The notes beneath the pieces were generated by a model. That model was not told where the DNA came from, did not search any database, and saw only the letters and a list, made by a program, of their open reading frames with translations. From assembly GCA_965603825.1 (NCBI GenBank), contig CBFDEM010000017.1, positions 434,001 to 498,000 of the forward strand: a stretch of 64,000 nucleotides of DNA, read 5' to 3'. A program made the translations under genes and the position numbers. How positions within the stretch are numbered: the first letter of the stretch is position 1; each line of letters begins with the position of its first letter. Shown here in pieces: positions 25,184 to 38,494 of this stretch. Origin of the DNA: Blepharisma stoltei ATCC 30299. Taxonomy: Eukaryota; Protista; Ciliophora.

Positions 25184-26963
25184 GCCAGTCCTGTAAAGCT
25201 GCTTCTTCTTGTCTGAGATTCTTAAACGCTCTACCTCGGTTGCAGAAATGCAAAGGATTTTTAGGTTCACGATTTATCATCTCATCATAGCATTGTATTG
25301 CTTCTTGATATCTTTCTAAAACGCAAAGAGTTCTGGCTTTATCATTATAATACTCGATCTTATATGGATTGCTTTTGATTGCTTCGTTATAGCTTTCTAC
25401 TGTTTCTAGATATCTTCCTAATTCATTTAAAGCTTGCCCTTTCTTATAGTAAAAATCAGCTTTTCCTGGGTTCAGTTTTATTGCTTCGTCATAGCATTCG
25501 AGTGCTTCTAGATATCTTCCTAAACCATAAAAAGCTTTACCTTTATTAAAATAAAATTTAACGTTGTTTGACTCGAGTTTGATTGCTTTGTCATAACATT
25601 TGATTGCCTCTAGGTGTCATTTTAAATTATTAAAAAATTTGGCTTTAGTACTGTATAAGAAAAAGTCGTTTGGATTGCATTTGATTTCTTCGTCCAATAG
25701 TTGTATTCCTTCTAGATTTTCTCCTAAAGTGCATAGATCAGTATCTTTTAAATTGCATTTATCTAGATAATAAGGATCAAGCTTAAAATTCGGGTCATTG
25801 CGTTTTTTTGCTTCAATCTTTTCACCTACTCTTCTAAGTGAGAAACAATCATGATAGTAAGCAGCCTCAATGATGATTTTTTGATCCAAATTTAAATAAA
25901 AATATTCTTCAACCGAATTCAAAACAGTTGAGATCCATATTCCTCCTTTATTATATGAGTAATAAATTTGATAAGGATCGTATTTGGTTTTAAATTTTCC
26001 TATCTGTCTCCAATTCAAGTAGCTTCCAATTTCGCTTTCATAGATTGATCCAGGGTATTCAATCAAGTATAGTCTCTCTGCATTTATCAGGATCTTTCCT
26101 TTATACCCAAACTCATAAGGAATAACTGAGAAAGAGTCAATATCAATTGAGTATTGCCAAATATTTCTATTTTCATACCCAGAAATCAAAATACTCTCAT
26201 TGAATATTACACTACTGCACCCATAAATCGGTTGTGACATTGGAGTTAATTGAATTCATTGATTTTGATCCAAATCGAATTTGCTAGATAGAGTTAAACA
26301 ATCAGACCAGCCTTTTCCTCCAAAACAATAAATGCTGTTATTGAGATAGATGCATGATGAGGCCACGCAAGGAGTTCCAGATGGCAGCTCTTCGACTCCA
26401 CCATTCCCATCAATTAACACTGTAATTCCAGAAATTAAAAAATTGCCAAAGCCGAATATCTTGCCATTTGGAAGCTGAGTTATGCAAGTGCCTCTGTCTA
26501 GTTTTGCTGAAGTCTGCAAGGTCTTGACTTCTTGGGTTTCAGTTTCAGTGTTAAAAATTTTCAAAGCAGCTCCGTCATCTTGATCTATAATGCTATAAAG
26601 AGATGTCTTTTGCTGATAAGCATTAAGATAATCTTGGTAAGCTTGCATTAGAGGTGGATCATTAAGACTAGAATTGGTCTGAATTGCTGAGCAAGCTGTC
26701 CTGAAATCTTTTTCTAATTCTGGATTGTTTGGTCTACTCAAAATCTCAGCTGTGTTTTTTCTTAAGGTGTCTATAGCATGTAAAGCGGTTTCTGTTTCTT
26801 TGGGCTTGCTGACGAGATCATTAGGAACACTGCTTATTTGAGAGCTTATATCATTTTCTGGGGGGTTTTCTATTGGCTTGCTTTCTTTTTCAGGCTCTTT
26901 TAAATTCTCACTGTTCTCTTTTGTTATCAGAGAAATCGAATCCTTATCGTTTGCTGACTCCAT
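25179..26963 (-). CDS. Kelch-like beta-propeller plus TPR-repeat protein (~594 aa, TGA=Trp), probably 3'-truncated
   Basis: ORFs 26256-26963 and 25617-26240 join through TGA and continue through the TGA at 25617 to TAG 25179-25181 (1785 nt, in frame). Kelch-like IYLNNSIYCFGG and SVIFNESILISG. TPRs EAIKCYDKAIKLESNNVKFYFNKGKAFYGLGRYLEALECYDEAIKLNP and following repeats. Confidence 0.8.
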
Positions 26964-27200
26964 TTAATGGCCAGATTTAATTAGATGAAATAGTAATAGC
27001 ACTGTAATTTCGTAAATCTTTTATAAATTAATGTTTTTAGATTTATCGCCCACTTATTTCCTATGTTTTACAAATTTACAACATAATGATCATATTTATT
27101 GTGCTATTTCTATCATGTATTCAAATAAAATAAAAAATCCCAATAGCTTCACAATTGACTATTTCTTATAATAATCCCTAACTACATTAATCTAATTATA

Positions 27201-28356
27201 CTAATAAAGCCTTCCATGATCCAAATCAGCTGGCAAAATTGATGGTAATACCGAAAACCTTTTCAACTGCCCTATTTGGTAATTTAAGTAAGGCAAATAA
27301 TACAAGAAAAAAAGTGCACATACAGCTATTGAATAAATCACTGTAGTATTCACAATGGTGTCTAACTGCCTGTTGATCACATCAATTGAGTCTTTATCAG
27401 CCAGTTTGAATTCTTCTGCGATTTCGTTTAGCAGTAAATCAACTTGATAATCAAATTTCTTAATATCAATAATAGAGGGGACTCAATAAATCAATGTCTC
27501 AATGTCAAACATCAAGTCAGCAGTTGAAGCTTCAGACCCTTGTTTTAAGGTCGCCAATTGTGAGTCAATGGTCTCATATACTCTTTCTCGCAGATCGCTT
27601 GACATCAAAATTGCGTATTTCTCATGCCGTATTTCTTTGTTTTGTAATTTTAATAGTCCTATCATTGCGTCTTGGGCAGCTACTGAATTTTTAAAGGGGT
27701 AAAGTTCTGGGATTTTTTGATAATTGTAGTTATAGTAAATTTCTTTTGAAATTAAAGAAAGACGGACTACCAATAAGCGCCTTGAAATAAAATTGCTTAG
27801 AAGATGTGGGCGATATAACATTGAGGATTCACATATAGGATACAAATAGCAGTATATAAGCAAGTAATAAGAAGCAGCAATTATAAAAAAGAGCATAATT
27901 CTTCATATATACTGCAAATAAATTGTCATCTTTACTTTCCTATTTACACTGCCTACCCTTTGAAGCTCCATATTAGAGTCAATTGAACTATCTACTCCAT
28001 GGACACTAGCTAGTCTTTCTATTGAAAGGTATTTCAGCTTAAGCATAGACCGTTGAGCATTATTCAGAATATAATTCCAAAACTCATCATGCTTCTTTGA
28101 GACAATTAAAATATACCCAAAAATCACTAAAACTAACGCTCCTAAGGTACAAAACCCAAAAATCAGCAATATATTGATTATAGTTCCAGTATTTTTTACC
28201 CTTTCAATCTCATTTTCAATAAGCCCGTTTAAGCTTATATTAGGACAATGGAATCCATTTCCCAAACCATTTATATATAAAAATTTTACATAAGGCAAAA
28301 AGTCTTGGTTTTCCTGAACTGCAGTCAATATTTTTTGGCCCTACATAGATTTTACG
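27201..28356 (-). CDS. TmcB-like copy E, 3' part (intron 2 plus last exon, inverted)
   Basis: Intron 28341-28355 (gtaaaatctatgtag) is followed by 380 codons with no TAA/TAG until 27201-27203: GQKILTAVQENQ..YYLPYLNYQIGQLKRFSVLPSILPADLDHGRLY*. Most similar to copy K, as is the 5' part of E. Confidence 0.8.
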
Positions 28357-28650
28357 CTTAGCATTCTGAGCGTTTCCGAGGTAAGTGAGTTCTCTGGCCT
28401 AGGGCTTATATAGCCCAAAGTATCGGCCGCTGCAAACAAGAGAGTCTCGCACACCTTTGAATAGAGAGTATCAGTTGGGAGTCCTCCACTTGGTATATTT
28501 GAGAGCCTGTCCGCTACTGCTGACTGGTAGGCTCTTAAGTAGTACTTATTATTTAGTCTGTCGAGCCTAATCCTCCGCTTCTGATGAAATTCCTTCAACT
28601 CAACAAACAATCGGAGGGAGAGGGAGATGGGAGAATGGTCTGAAGGGATC
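28357..28650 (-). mobile_element. Non-LTR retrotransposon fragment: end of APE endonuclease plus linker
   Basis: GC-rich. IPSDHSPISLSL matches the terminal SDH motif of APE/EEP endonucleases, followed by a linker ..LYSKVCETLLFAAADTLG..TSETLRML. Confidence 0.8.
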
Positions 28651-29687
28651 AAAAAAATAATCAGTTAAGAAAAGAGTAGTTGTCAGTTTATGAATTTCTA
28701 CAGCGCTGAGTTGACAATAATTGGATTTTGATATAAAGACCTGGATTTCTTATAGTTTGTGAAGCGAGATTCTAGCAGCTACAACAAATAACTACTTCTT
28801 ATTGCTTGTGTAAGCTTTAATTATAGAATTGCTATAAATGCTAAGAAGATAGCTAAAACTACTCTTAAGCACCATCTGAGTCCTCTTTTGATTCTTATAT
28901 AATATTTCGTCAAACGTTGACGCTTGCCACCATTGCTTTGCTTGTATTTCTTTGAAAATCGCAATTATATAATAAGGTGCAATAATTAACTATTGATGAG
29001 GGAGTTTTGTTTCTCAGGAAGGCTTTTACCGTCCCTGCCTGATCGGTTATACAGACTTCTCCCGGTTGTGTTTTGCTTATCGGGACTAAAGGGCATCAGC
29101 AAGAGTTAACTCAAATCTAGGGAGCTAATAATAGTTTAGGTGGGTTTACAAGAAAGGCAGACTAGTTGCCTATCTACTTATGGCCTTATAGCACTAGTTT
29201 AACTTAATCTTTAAATTAAATGTGATGATAAAGTTCCCAGAAAGTTAGGAGATTATTTCAATCCATCTGGCAATAATAAATTTACTTATATATTTTACTT
29301 AATTTTAGAATTATTACCATTTCTTGATTTCTGAAGACTTTTTGTGATTCTAAGAAAAATAATTCATTAATAAAAAGGAATTCCCGAATAGAATATTTAT
29401 TCTGTTTTCCCATTTATTAACTCAAATAAACCTTATAAAAGAGCGATGAGTGCTTTTTTTCTCAATTTCTGTGCACTATTTAATTATTAAGATAGTAAGA
29501 CATGGCATATTTAACGCATAAAATTTCAAAGATATGCAAAAATAAATCTTCTCCCACTATTTATTGAAATTCATAAAATTCCTATTTTATAAAATAGCCA
29601 TAGATGTCTAAGTATTAAGCTAGAATAAGACAAAACCATTAAAAATTAAGATTATCTCAAAAACCAATATGCTGAATATATATAATC

Positions 29688-32600
29688 ATGATTTCTAATA
29701 GCAAAGACGAAAGAAATTATTTCTGAAATTTTTCTCATTTTGAAAAACCTTCCTTTATGAGACGAATGCAAAATCTAATTTTCTCATTCTTTGGCGAAAT
29801 CTACGAAGTTAAGTATAGCGGTAAAACTAAATGAACTACGCAGCTTATTTATGAAATTTTTATCAATGTTGTCATTTCTTTGCAGATGAGCTCTTTGGCT
29901 TGATATCCAAATTTATCAATAGATGAATGAGAATCATATCATAATTTCTGAGTACTGATCGGCGTTGCAAATTACAGCGAAATCTGTGGATGGTTTAATA
30001 CGATGGATTTATGTTTCTACGGGACCATATCGACTATAGGCGCATGTCTTGCATCTTTTATAGCTTTCGGAGTTTTTTTTTACTTCGAGAAAAAGCCGCC
30101 AAGTTTGCTCATTATTGTCCCAAGAAAAATAGCTGGAGTAATTTCCACAGTTTGTTTTATTCCAACAACTATTATTTTACTGATGATTCTAAAGTACTCA
30201 ACTGGAAAGTTTGAATCAGTAGATGAATTCACTGGCTCAGTCACCAAAAACTTGAATTTTGGACCAATTGGGATGGTATTTTCAATACTGTGTTTATTGG
30301 TTTTAATTCCTATGGCCATATTCACAGAAGTGTTCAGTTGTGATATCAGACATTCTAAATTTAGAAAAAATATAAAAGCTAGATCTTCTGCAGCCTTGGA
30401 CTTGCAAAGAAAGCTATTTTATGCTTCTCTTTGTGTATCTTATATCACATTAGGTGTGAAAAATGCTATCATTCATCAAATTTTCTGATTTTGTTGCTCA
30501 TTTTTTGTTTTTATAAAAATATTATGGCTGCTGCATTTCTTTAATTATATAGAAAACGCAATTCATGCTTATAAATTTGGGTCAACCAGCCTAATATTTT
30601 TAATTTTTATATTTGGGAGCTCAATAAATAATTCTTTGATCACATTGACATTTACTTTGATTTTGCAACCAATAGCAATTTTATTGATTTTTCATTATAC
30701 AAAAATACAATATCAGAAGCTTAAAAATAACAGTAAAATCCCCAGAAATCAATATGATTTCGAAAGAAAATTCCGTCATTTATTAACTGATCAAAATTCT
30801 GAAGACAAAGCAAATATTTTGAAATTATTTAATCAATATTCAAAATTGACATATTTTAAAAAAGATAAACTCTTTGTGGAATGGGAATTTAATTACTGCC
30901 TGCATACTTTAAAAGATGAACGGCTTGCCCGTGTGATTTTAGCAAAAGCAGGATATTGTGAATCCTCATTTGAAAGCAGCGTTTATGAGTGAAGAATCTT
31001 GGAAAAATTAAAAAATAAAGCAAATGAGCCAATTCCAGAATTTATTTATTTGGAATATTTAAATGAATTTGGAAAAACCAAATATTTCGATAAAAAACTA
31101 TGCTACTTGATAATCCAACTGCAAACAGAGTTTTCTTCAAAGTCGCCAAGATTTAAGGTCCTTGTCGACCTGACGAATAGAGCATCAAAGTGCATGGAAA
31201 AGGTCAAGAGCAAGTATAGCAGTATTATCGAAAAATACGCAAATATTGGAGGGTTTGAATTATATGCAAGCTTTTTAGAAAATATTGAGCACAATTATGA
31301 AGAATCTGACAAAATCAACAAAAGGAAAAGCGGCATTGAAATTTTTAACCAAAAAAATCAAAGCTTAGACAGATATGGCAGGCATCTTGGAATAATTCTT
31401 GCATCAAGCTCTAAAAATTCACTTGGCTTAATAGTTTACATCAATGAAAAAGCAGCTGAAGTCTTAAAAGTCTCATTATCTGATGTTATTGGTACTTCAG
31501 TTTTCAATTTTCTCCCTGAGCCTTATAATCAATATCATTCTAAAACTACAAAAAATTTCCTAAGCAGTTCAAAAAGTGTCGAAGTCCCATACCATCAAAA
31601 TTTATTTCTTGAAACCCACAGAGGGTTTCTGGTGGAATGCAATATGCTGATAAAGCTTACAGCTTATAACAGCGATGTTTATTATATTATATCATTTATT
31701 CCAAAAATCACAAGTAAACAGATTGCATTAATTTCAGAATCAGGAGCTATATTAAGCCACTCAGAAGCTTTTCCACGTTATTTAGGGCTAAATGAGAAAT
31801 GCTTAAAACATTTTCATATAGAGCAAGTTGTGCCATGCCTTGAAATAAATAAAATGAAAATTTATGAGCCAGTATTAATGAGACTAAATATCATCGATAT
31901 TGCCCTGGTGCGGATTGACAAACAAATAAATTCAAAAACTTTAATTATATTATATTTACTTCACGAGCAAGGTGATATAAAAAGATGAAAAGAAGGCAAA
32001 GATGAAGACCAAATTTCCCATTATCGTGAACGAGAAAGAACTATTGAAGAAAATTCGCATCCTAAAGAGCTCTTAGATCATAGAAGAGACACTAAATACC
32101 AGCAGCTCAAGGAATGCTCAATTTCTTTCAGATTGAGCGAAATTGAAAATTTACCTGAATTATCAGAAAATGAAAATAAATCAGTCGCTGATAATATATC
32201 TGTTGGAAATGATAATCATAGCCACTCATCGATAAAATCAAGTATTTTTTATTTAGGACATGCACAACACTTAATAGTAAAGACCTCAAAAAAAATAAAA
32301 GTGCTTCAATGAGTACTATTAGCTATAGTAAAAAAAAATTAGACTTTAACTATAATATCCACTATGATTGCGGTTATTTCCAATATGATAAGCAACGTAA
32401 ACTTGACCTCATCTATGAGCATTTTCTATAAAATTGGAGATATTTTGTATAATTTTGGAATTTCTGCTGATTTAGCTAGATTAACTGATAGGGAAAAATC
32501 ATTATCGTATAATTATACAACCCATCTAAGTCAGCTATTAGAAGCTATGGAAGCTTTAAAGGAAAGCCAAAGTGGGATAATTTCAGATCTTGAGCAATGA

Positions 32601-33858
32601 AAATTTTGCGAAAACTCAAAAATTGCGAATTCTCCATTGATCCCTATATGAGAGTTTGACCAAAAATTTCCAAAAACTACACATAAAAATATCTACGACA
32701 CTATATCTGATTTTATATTTAATGTAAATTTCAATTTAGATCCAAAGCATGTCGAGTGCAATTAATGAAAACCAAAGCTACAAGAATTATACACAATTTA
32801 TCGTCATGAATGGTATAGGGAGAACATATAATTACTTAAATCAAACCATATTTGGTTTTGAAAACTGTGAAGCAGATCAAGTCCATTCCACAGGACTAAG
32901 CGTGCGCGCCCTCCTTATCAGCGGCTTTATTACTGTTATTATTTTAGTTTTAATTATTCTTTGGTTCATTGGGCTTGTCGCAAAGCAAGAAAACGAGTTT
33001 TGGAACTTTGTGTTAAATAATATTCAAATCCCTATAACAAAGTGAAAAAGTGAAGCAATTGATAGGCTTATTCTTGTCCATGATGAGGAAATTATGGCTG
33101 ATGAAAGCAATAATTCGAAGCATATCCACAAAAAGATAAAGACAGGGACAGAAATAAGACACTCTTGAAAAATTGCGGCGTTTTTCGCTATTTCAGCTTC
33201 TTATTATATTTTGGTTTATTTGTATTTATACCCAACTTGTGAAAAATATATGATAAATCGCCCAAAGTTGCTCAATAATTTCAATATGAAGCGATCCTTA
33301 GTATCTAGAGTCTCAATTTTTTCTAGAGATATATTAAGTTCATATTTTATAGCAAGTTTTCCAAATTCTTGTGACCTTATAAACTCAATTGAAATGGCAA
33401 ATATTTCAGCTCATATTCTAAGACAGAAAAACAGCGAAATAAGAGAAAGCAAATTTATGGAAATGCTGTCTGATGAATTAAAGCAAAAAATATTTGAAGA
33501 GACAAATTTTAAGGATCCGGAGCTTGCATATGGGTCTGAAATAGCAATTGAGACGACAATATATGATAGTATTAGCTTGGGATATGTAAAAAACGTTCAA
33601 CCTACAGTCATGCAACCCTATTTAGCAATGCTTAGAGATATAAATAATGAGATAGGAATTGAGCTAGAAATGGCTGACCGGGATTCAAACAATATAATAA
33701 ATCACCAGCTGGGTCTAATCATTTTAGTTACTATAATTTACTGCCTAACTTTGTGTGGATTACTGCTGTTTTATTACTTGCCTTATTTCCATAATGAATC
33801 TAAAGAGCTTCAGAGACTTTCAGTGCTATCATCAGTACTTGCACTTGCAAATGAATAG
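29688..33858 (+). CDS. TmcB-like PAS membrane protein, copy F (~1375-1380 aa)
   Basis: ATG 29688 (MISNSKDERNYFW). Introns 32328-32342 (15 nt) and 32724-32739 (16 nt, accounts for the frame change to ORF 32749). Candidate intron 32242-32256. Confidence 0.82.
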
Positions 33859-34176
33859 TAAAGAATTATTTTATAAATAATTTTAAATATAAATAAGCAA
33901 ATTAATAATTATTGCCACTTATTAGCCAGAAAATTAAGAAGTCAAATCATTTTTAAATTTAAGAATTATAAAAAGGGTGCTAATTTATTATAATAGTCTT
34001 ACCTTTTTATTTTTGTATAAAATTTGATTTTTCTATCCTTCTCAATTTTCAAGATTTCCCAGTTATTTTTACTTAAAACTATTGCTTTAAAGTCGATCTT
34101 TAATAATGTTTATAAGAAGCTTGCCAAGATGATCTTTAAGTAGTTCTGATCGCTATTAATAATATATATTAAAAAA

Positions 34177-37100
34177 ATGCTATTCAATCACAATGAAATA
34201 GAAAAAAATTGCTCAGAAAACCATCACAAATTAGATTTCTGACTGATAAAAATAAGAAATCATATATTTTCTGCTTTCAATGAAATTTTTGGAGAAAAAC
34301 ACAATAAAAAACTGAAATTCAAGCAACAAGCGATTTATGAAGTTTTGGTAAATTTAATTATGATTCTGCAGCTCATGTCTATTGTATGATATCCACATTT
34401 AGATATTCCAGATTGAGATTCGTATTCAAAATTTTGGGATATTATAAGAATAACTAGCTATGATAATATTTGCGCTTGATATGGATTAATGAATTTTTGC
34501 TATTATGGCACCATATTAATAATAGGAATTTTATCAATTTCTTTTAGTGTCTGTGCAATTTTATTTTATTTCAAGAAAAAATTGCCTAATATTATTGGGA
34601 TTTTTCTAAAGAAGCTTGCAGATATTATTTCTACAGTTTGTTTAATTCCTTCGCTTATAATGTTACTCGCAATTTTGAAATATTCAGTCATAAATCCAAA
34701 CTCAATTGATGAATGGGAAAACACTAGCCCAGAAGATCTCAATTTTGGGCTATTTGGGGTAATTTTTTCATCATTTTGCTTAGTAAGCTTGGTTATTATA
34801 ATTTTCTTTTATGAAATTTTTACAAGTGATATTAGACACTCAAGTTATCTTAAAAATATCAGAGCAAGATCTTCTGGGACTTTGGATTTATATAAGCAGC
34901 TATTTTATGTAGCCATGTGCGCTTCTTATGTGTGGTTTGGGAAAAAATATATAATATATCATCAAGCGATCTGCTTTTCATGCTCACTTTTATTATCTAT
35001 CAAAATGGTCAGATTTTTGCAATATTTTAATTTTTTTGAAAATGCTATCCAAGTTTGCAAAATGGGCGTATTATCTTTAACTTTATTGATATTTATTTTT
35101 GGAGAGTTATTTAGCAATCCTCTTATGATCTTTATATTCTCATTGATCCTTCAGCCAGTTTTTCTTTTTTACGTTATAAAAATCACTTTAAAAAACTATA
35201 AAAACCTTGGTAAAAAAATCCTTGTAAATAAGTTTGATTTTGAAAGAAAATTCCGTTATTTACTCACTAATCCAAATCTAGAAGATAAATGTCAAATATT
35301 GAATTTATTTAGCAAATACTCTAAAATAGCCTATTTTAGAAAAAGCAAGCTATTTGTGCTATGAGAATTCAATTTCTGCATATCTATCATAAATGACGAA
35401 AGGCTATCTCGAATAAAATTAATAAAAATTGCTTCATGTGAAAATAGTTTTGAAGGGGATATCCTAGAATGAAGAGCTTATAATTGGCTCAAGACAAAAA
35501 AATGTGAAGAGTACCCTGAAATAGTTTATTTAGAATACTTACAAAAGCTTGCTAAAATAAAGAGAAGAGATGAGAATTTATGTTATTTAATTATAAAGTT
35601 GCAGTCTGAATTTGTGTCTAAAGCTCCAAGAATGCAATCTCTTATAAGCTTATGTATTAAAGCTTCAAAAAAGTTAAATAATATTGAGCTAGGCTATAAA
35701 AATGCAATAGAAAAGCATAAAAGTTATGAAATATTTGAACTTTATAATGGATTTTTAGATAATATTTTATCAAATCATAAAGAAGCAAATATAATCGAGA
35801 AAAAGAAAAATGGAATAGATTTTTCTATGATTCGGCATAAAAATTCTGATAAATATGAAGATAGTGATGGAATAATGCTAGTTTCTGGGATAGAGAGCAC
35901 GTTCGGAACGATTATTTACAGCAACAAAAAAGCTTCAGAAATATTAAAATCATCAATTATCGACCTTTGTGGAAACTCGATTTTTAATCTTTTCCCTTAT
36001 ATTTATGGAAATCGTCATAGAAAGCTTATGAGAAATTTCATTTTTAATTCAGAAGGTGTTGAAGTGCCTTGCCATAACCATTTATTTTTTCAAAATCAGC
36101 ATGGATTTCTTATAGAGTGCAGTTTGACGATAAAGCTAACTGCATTTAATAATGATGCCTATTTTCTTATAAAGTTTCAACAAATCTCTACATTAAGGCA
36201 AATTGCATTGATTTCTGAAGATGGAATAGTTTTAAGCCACTCAGAATTTTTTCCTAATTATGTAGGCTACAATTCAAAAACCATTAAAAATACTCATATT
36301 TGGAATATTATTAATTTTGACATGCAAAACCTGAAAGATAATGAGCCATTAATAATGAAATTAAATGGTGGAATAATTGCTTTATTATTTATTCGAAAAA
36401 TTATAAAATCTCAAGTACTTAGAATTTTAATAGCAATTAACGATGAATTAGAGATTGAAAAATTAAGAGAAGGGCAGAATAAAAATTTATTAGAAAACTC
36501 AGAAAAAGATGAAACCATATCTTTAGTTTGAATTAAAGGCACTGTAAATAGCCAAGAAAGTAAAGACGAATCTTTAAGATTTCATAACACAGTTAAAAAT
36601 ATGCAAGAATCATTATTTTCAGAGCATGAAGATCAACATTTATTATATAGTAAATCTCTTACTGATATGAAAATTTATAAACAATCTTCAGCTAAGTCAA
36701 GTAATTTTTATACAGCATTTTTAAAAAAATTAATTATAGATTCAAAGAAAAAAATCAGGATTGTCCAATGAGTATTATTTCTTGTGGTAATATAAATTCA
36801 GACGCTAACTGTGATAATAATCATGATCGCCATTATGGCAAATATTGTGAATGATGTAAATTTGACATCTTCTATGGTAATTTTCCATAACTTGGGGAAT
36901 CTTTTATATAATATTGGCTTATCAGCTGATTCTGCTAGAACAATTGATAAGTCAATTGGCTATGTGCTAGATTATTCTTCACAAAAAGAGTCATTTTTAA
37001 AAGTAATGTCAGAAATTCAATTTTTTCAAAACAATATTTTATCCGACTTTAAAGGCTGGGAATTCTGCCCAGCATCTGAAATTACCACAACTCCTTTAAT

Positions 37101-38319
37101 CCCAGTATGGTCATTTAAAGAAAAATCCCCAAGAATTGAATTTGAAAATATTTATGACACCATCGACAATTTTCTATTCCATGTAATATTAAATTAGATT
37201 TCAAGCATGATAAAGCAATTAAATAAAACTCGGTCTTATAAGCCACATACTGATTTTCTTGTGCTAAATGGCTTAGGCCTAACATATAATTTCTTTAACC
37301 AAACGATTTTAGATCTAGAAAACTGCGTAGTAGATCAGGTAAAATCTATAGGAATTATGATCTATACTTTATTGCTGTGCGGGTTTTATGCTCTTGCAGT
37401 ATTAGTAATTGCTATTCTTTTGAGTATTTGGCAAGCAGTCAAAAAAATTGATGAGTTTTGGAATTTTTTTATAAATAATTCGCAAATAGCAATAAGGAAA
37501 TGGAAATGCGAGGCAGTTGATAGACTAGTATTAGTGCATCATAATGAATATTATGAAGAAAATTGAAGCGAAAATGTGGTTAATTTAAACAGAAAGGTAA
37601 GGACTAGAATTGAAGTTAAATTTGTTTGAAGAATCCTTATATTTATTATCATATCTGTTTCATATTATTTTATTTTATATTTTTATCTATACCCAGAATG
37701 TCAAAATTATATGATTAATAGACCAAAATTACTGAATAATTTTAATATAAGAAGATCACTGGTTTCAAGGGTTGGGATTTTTTCAAGGGATGTTTATTCC
37801 CCTTATTTTATAGATAAATTTGTATTATCATACGGTTTTGCTAACTCTTCTTATCTGATGAATCTTAATGCAAACATACTTAGAGAAAAAAATAAAGAGC
37901 TACGAGAAGAAAAATTCATCAAAATGATGTCCAAAGAGCTTCAGCAAAGAATATTCGAAAAAAGTAACTTGACGACTTCATTACTAAATTTCGGAACTGA
38001 GGCAGCTGTTGATGTATCTATTTATGACACTATTAATATTTCTTACCAAGATTATGTCCCTCCAATTGAAGTTTTGCGTTATGTATCTGTTTTACAAGAA
38101 ATCCAAAATGACATTGACATTGAATTTGGGTTAGCAGACCATGATACTAATGAAATCATAAATTCACAATTGAAAATTATAATAGTGACAACGGTAGTTT
38201 ACTCTTTTATCCTCTGTGGGCTATTTTTCATGTATTATCTACCACTTCTTAGTTATCAGATAAAAGAGCTCAATTGAATTGCTTCGCTTGTTGAGATATT
38301 GGTTATTGGAACTGATTAA
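34177..38319 (+). CDS. TmcB-like PAS membrane protein, copy G (~1365-1370 aa)
   Basis: ATG 34177 (MLFNHNEIE). ORFs 34489, 35599, 36811, 37207 and 37711 are in one frame. Introns 36787-36801 and 37183-37197; candidate 36701-36715. Reads through TGA 38275-38277 to TAA 38317-38319. Confidence 0.82.
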
Positions 38320-38494
38320 AAAATAGTTTAATTGTGAGAATTAATTAGAAAAATAATTGTAATTAAACTGATTTATTATTTCCATTTTGTATTTCTTTTA
38401 ACAAACAATTTATGCAACTCTAGTAATAATACCTTCAATTCATAAGATAATCCACATGGTTGCATATTAAAAATCCATAATTAACCTTTATAAA

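Larger units (their letters stand above)
22897..28361. other. Inverted segment bounded by the 5-bp inverted microhomology CTAAG (22897-22901) / CTTAG (28357-28361)
   Basis: Reverse-complementing 22902-28356 gives ..ttt att CTA AGC gtaaaatctatgtag GGC CAA AAA.. (gene E rejoined in frame with a 15-nt intron) and, on the minus strand, ..ctc aga atg CTA AGA gaa gcc agg aag.. (continuous LINE ORF). Confidence 0.85.

Noticed and set aside
27176-27186. ccctaac resembling a heterotrich telomere unit
   Set aside because: It is a single imperfect unit with no tandem array.
28920-29200. GC-elevated patch as the LINE 5' UTR or a structured ncRNA
   Set aside because: Its position is compatible, but no ORF, motif or convincing structure was seen.
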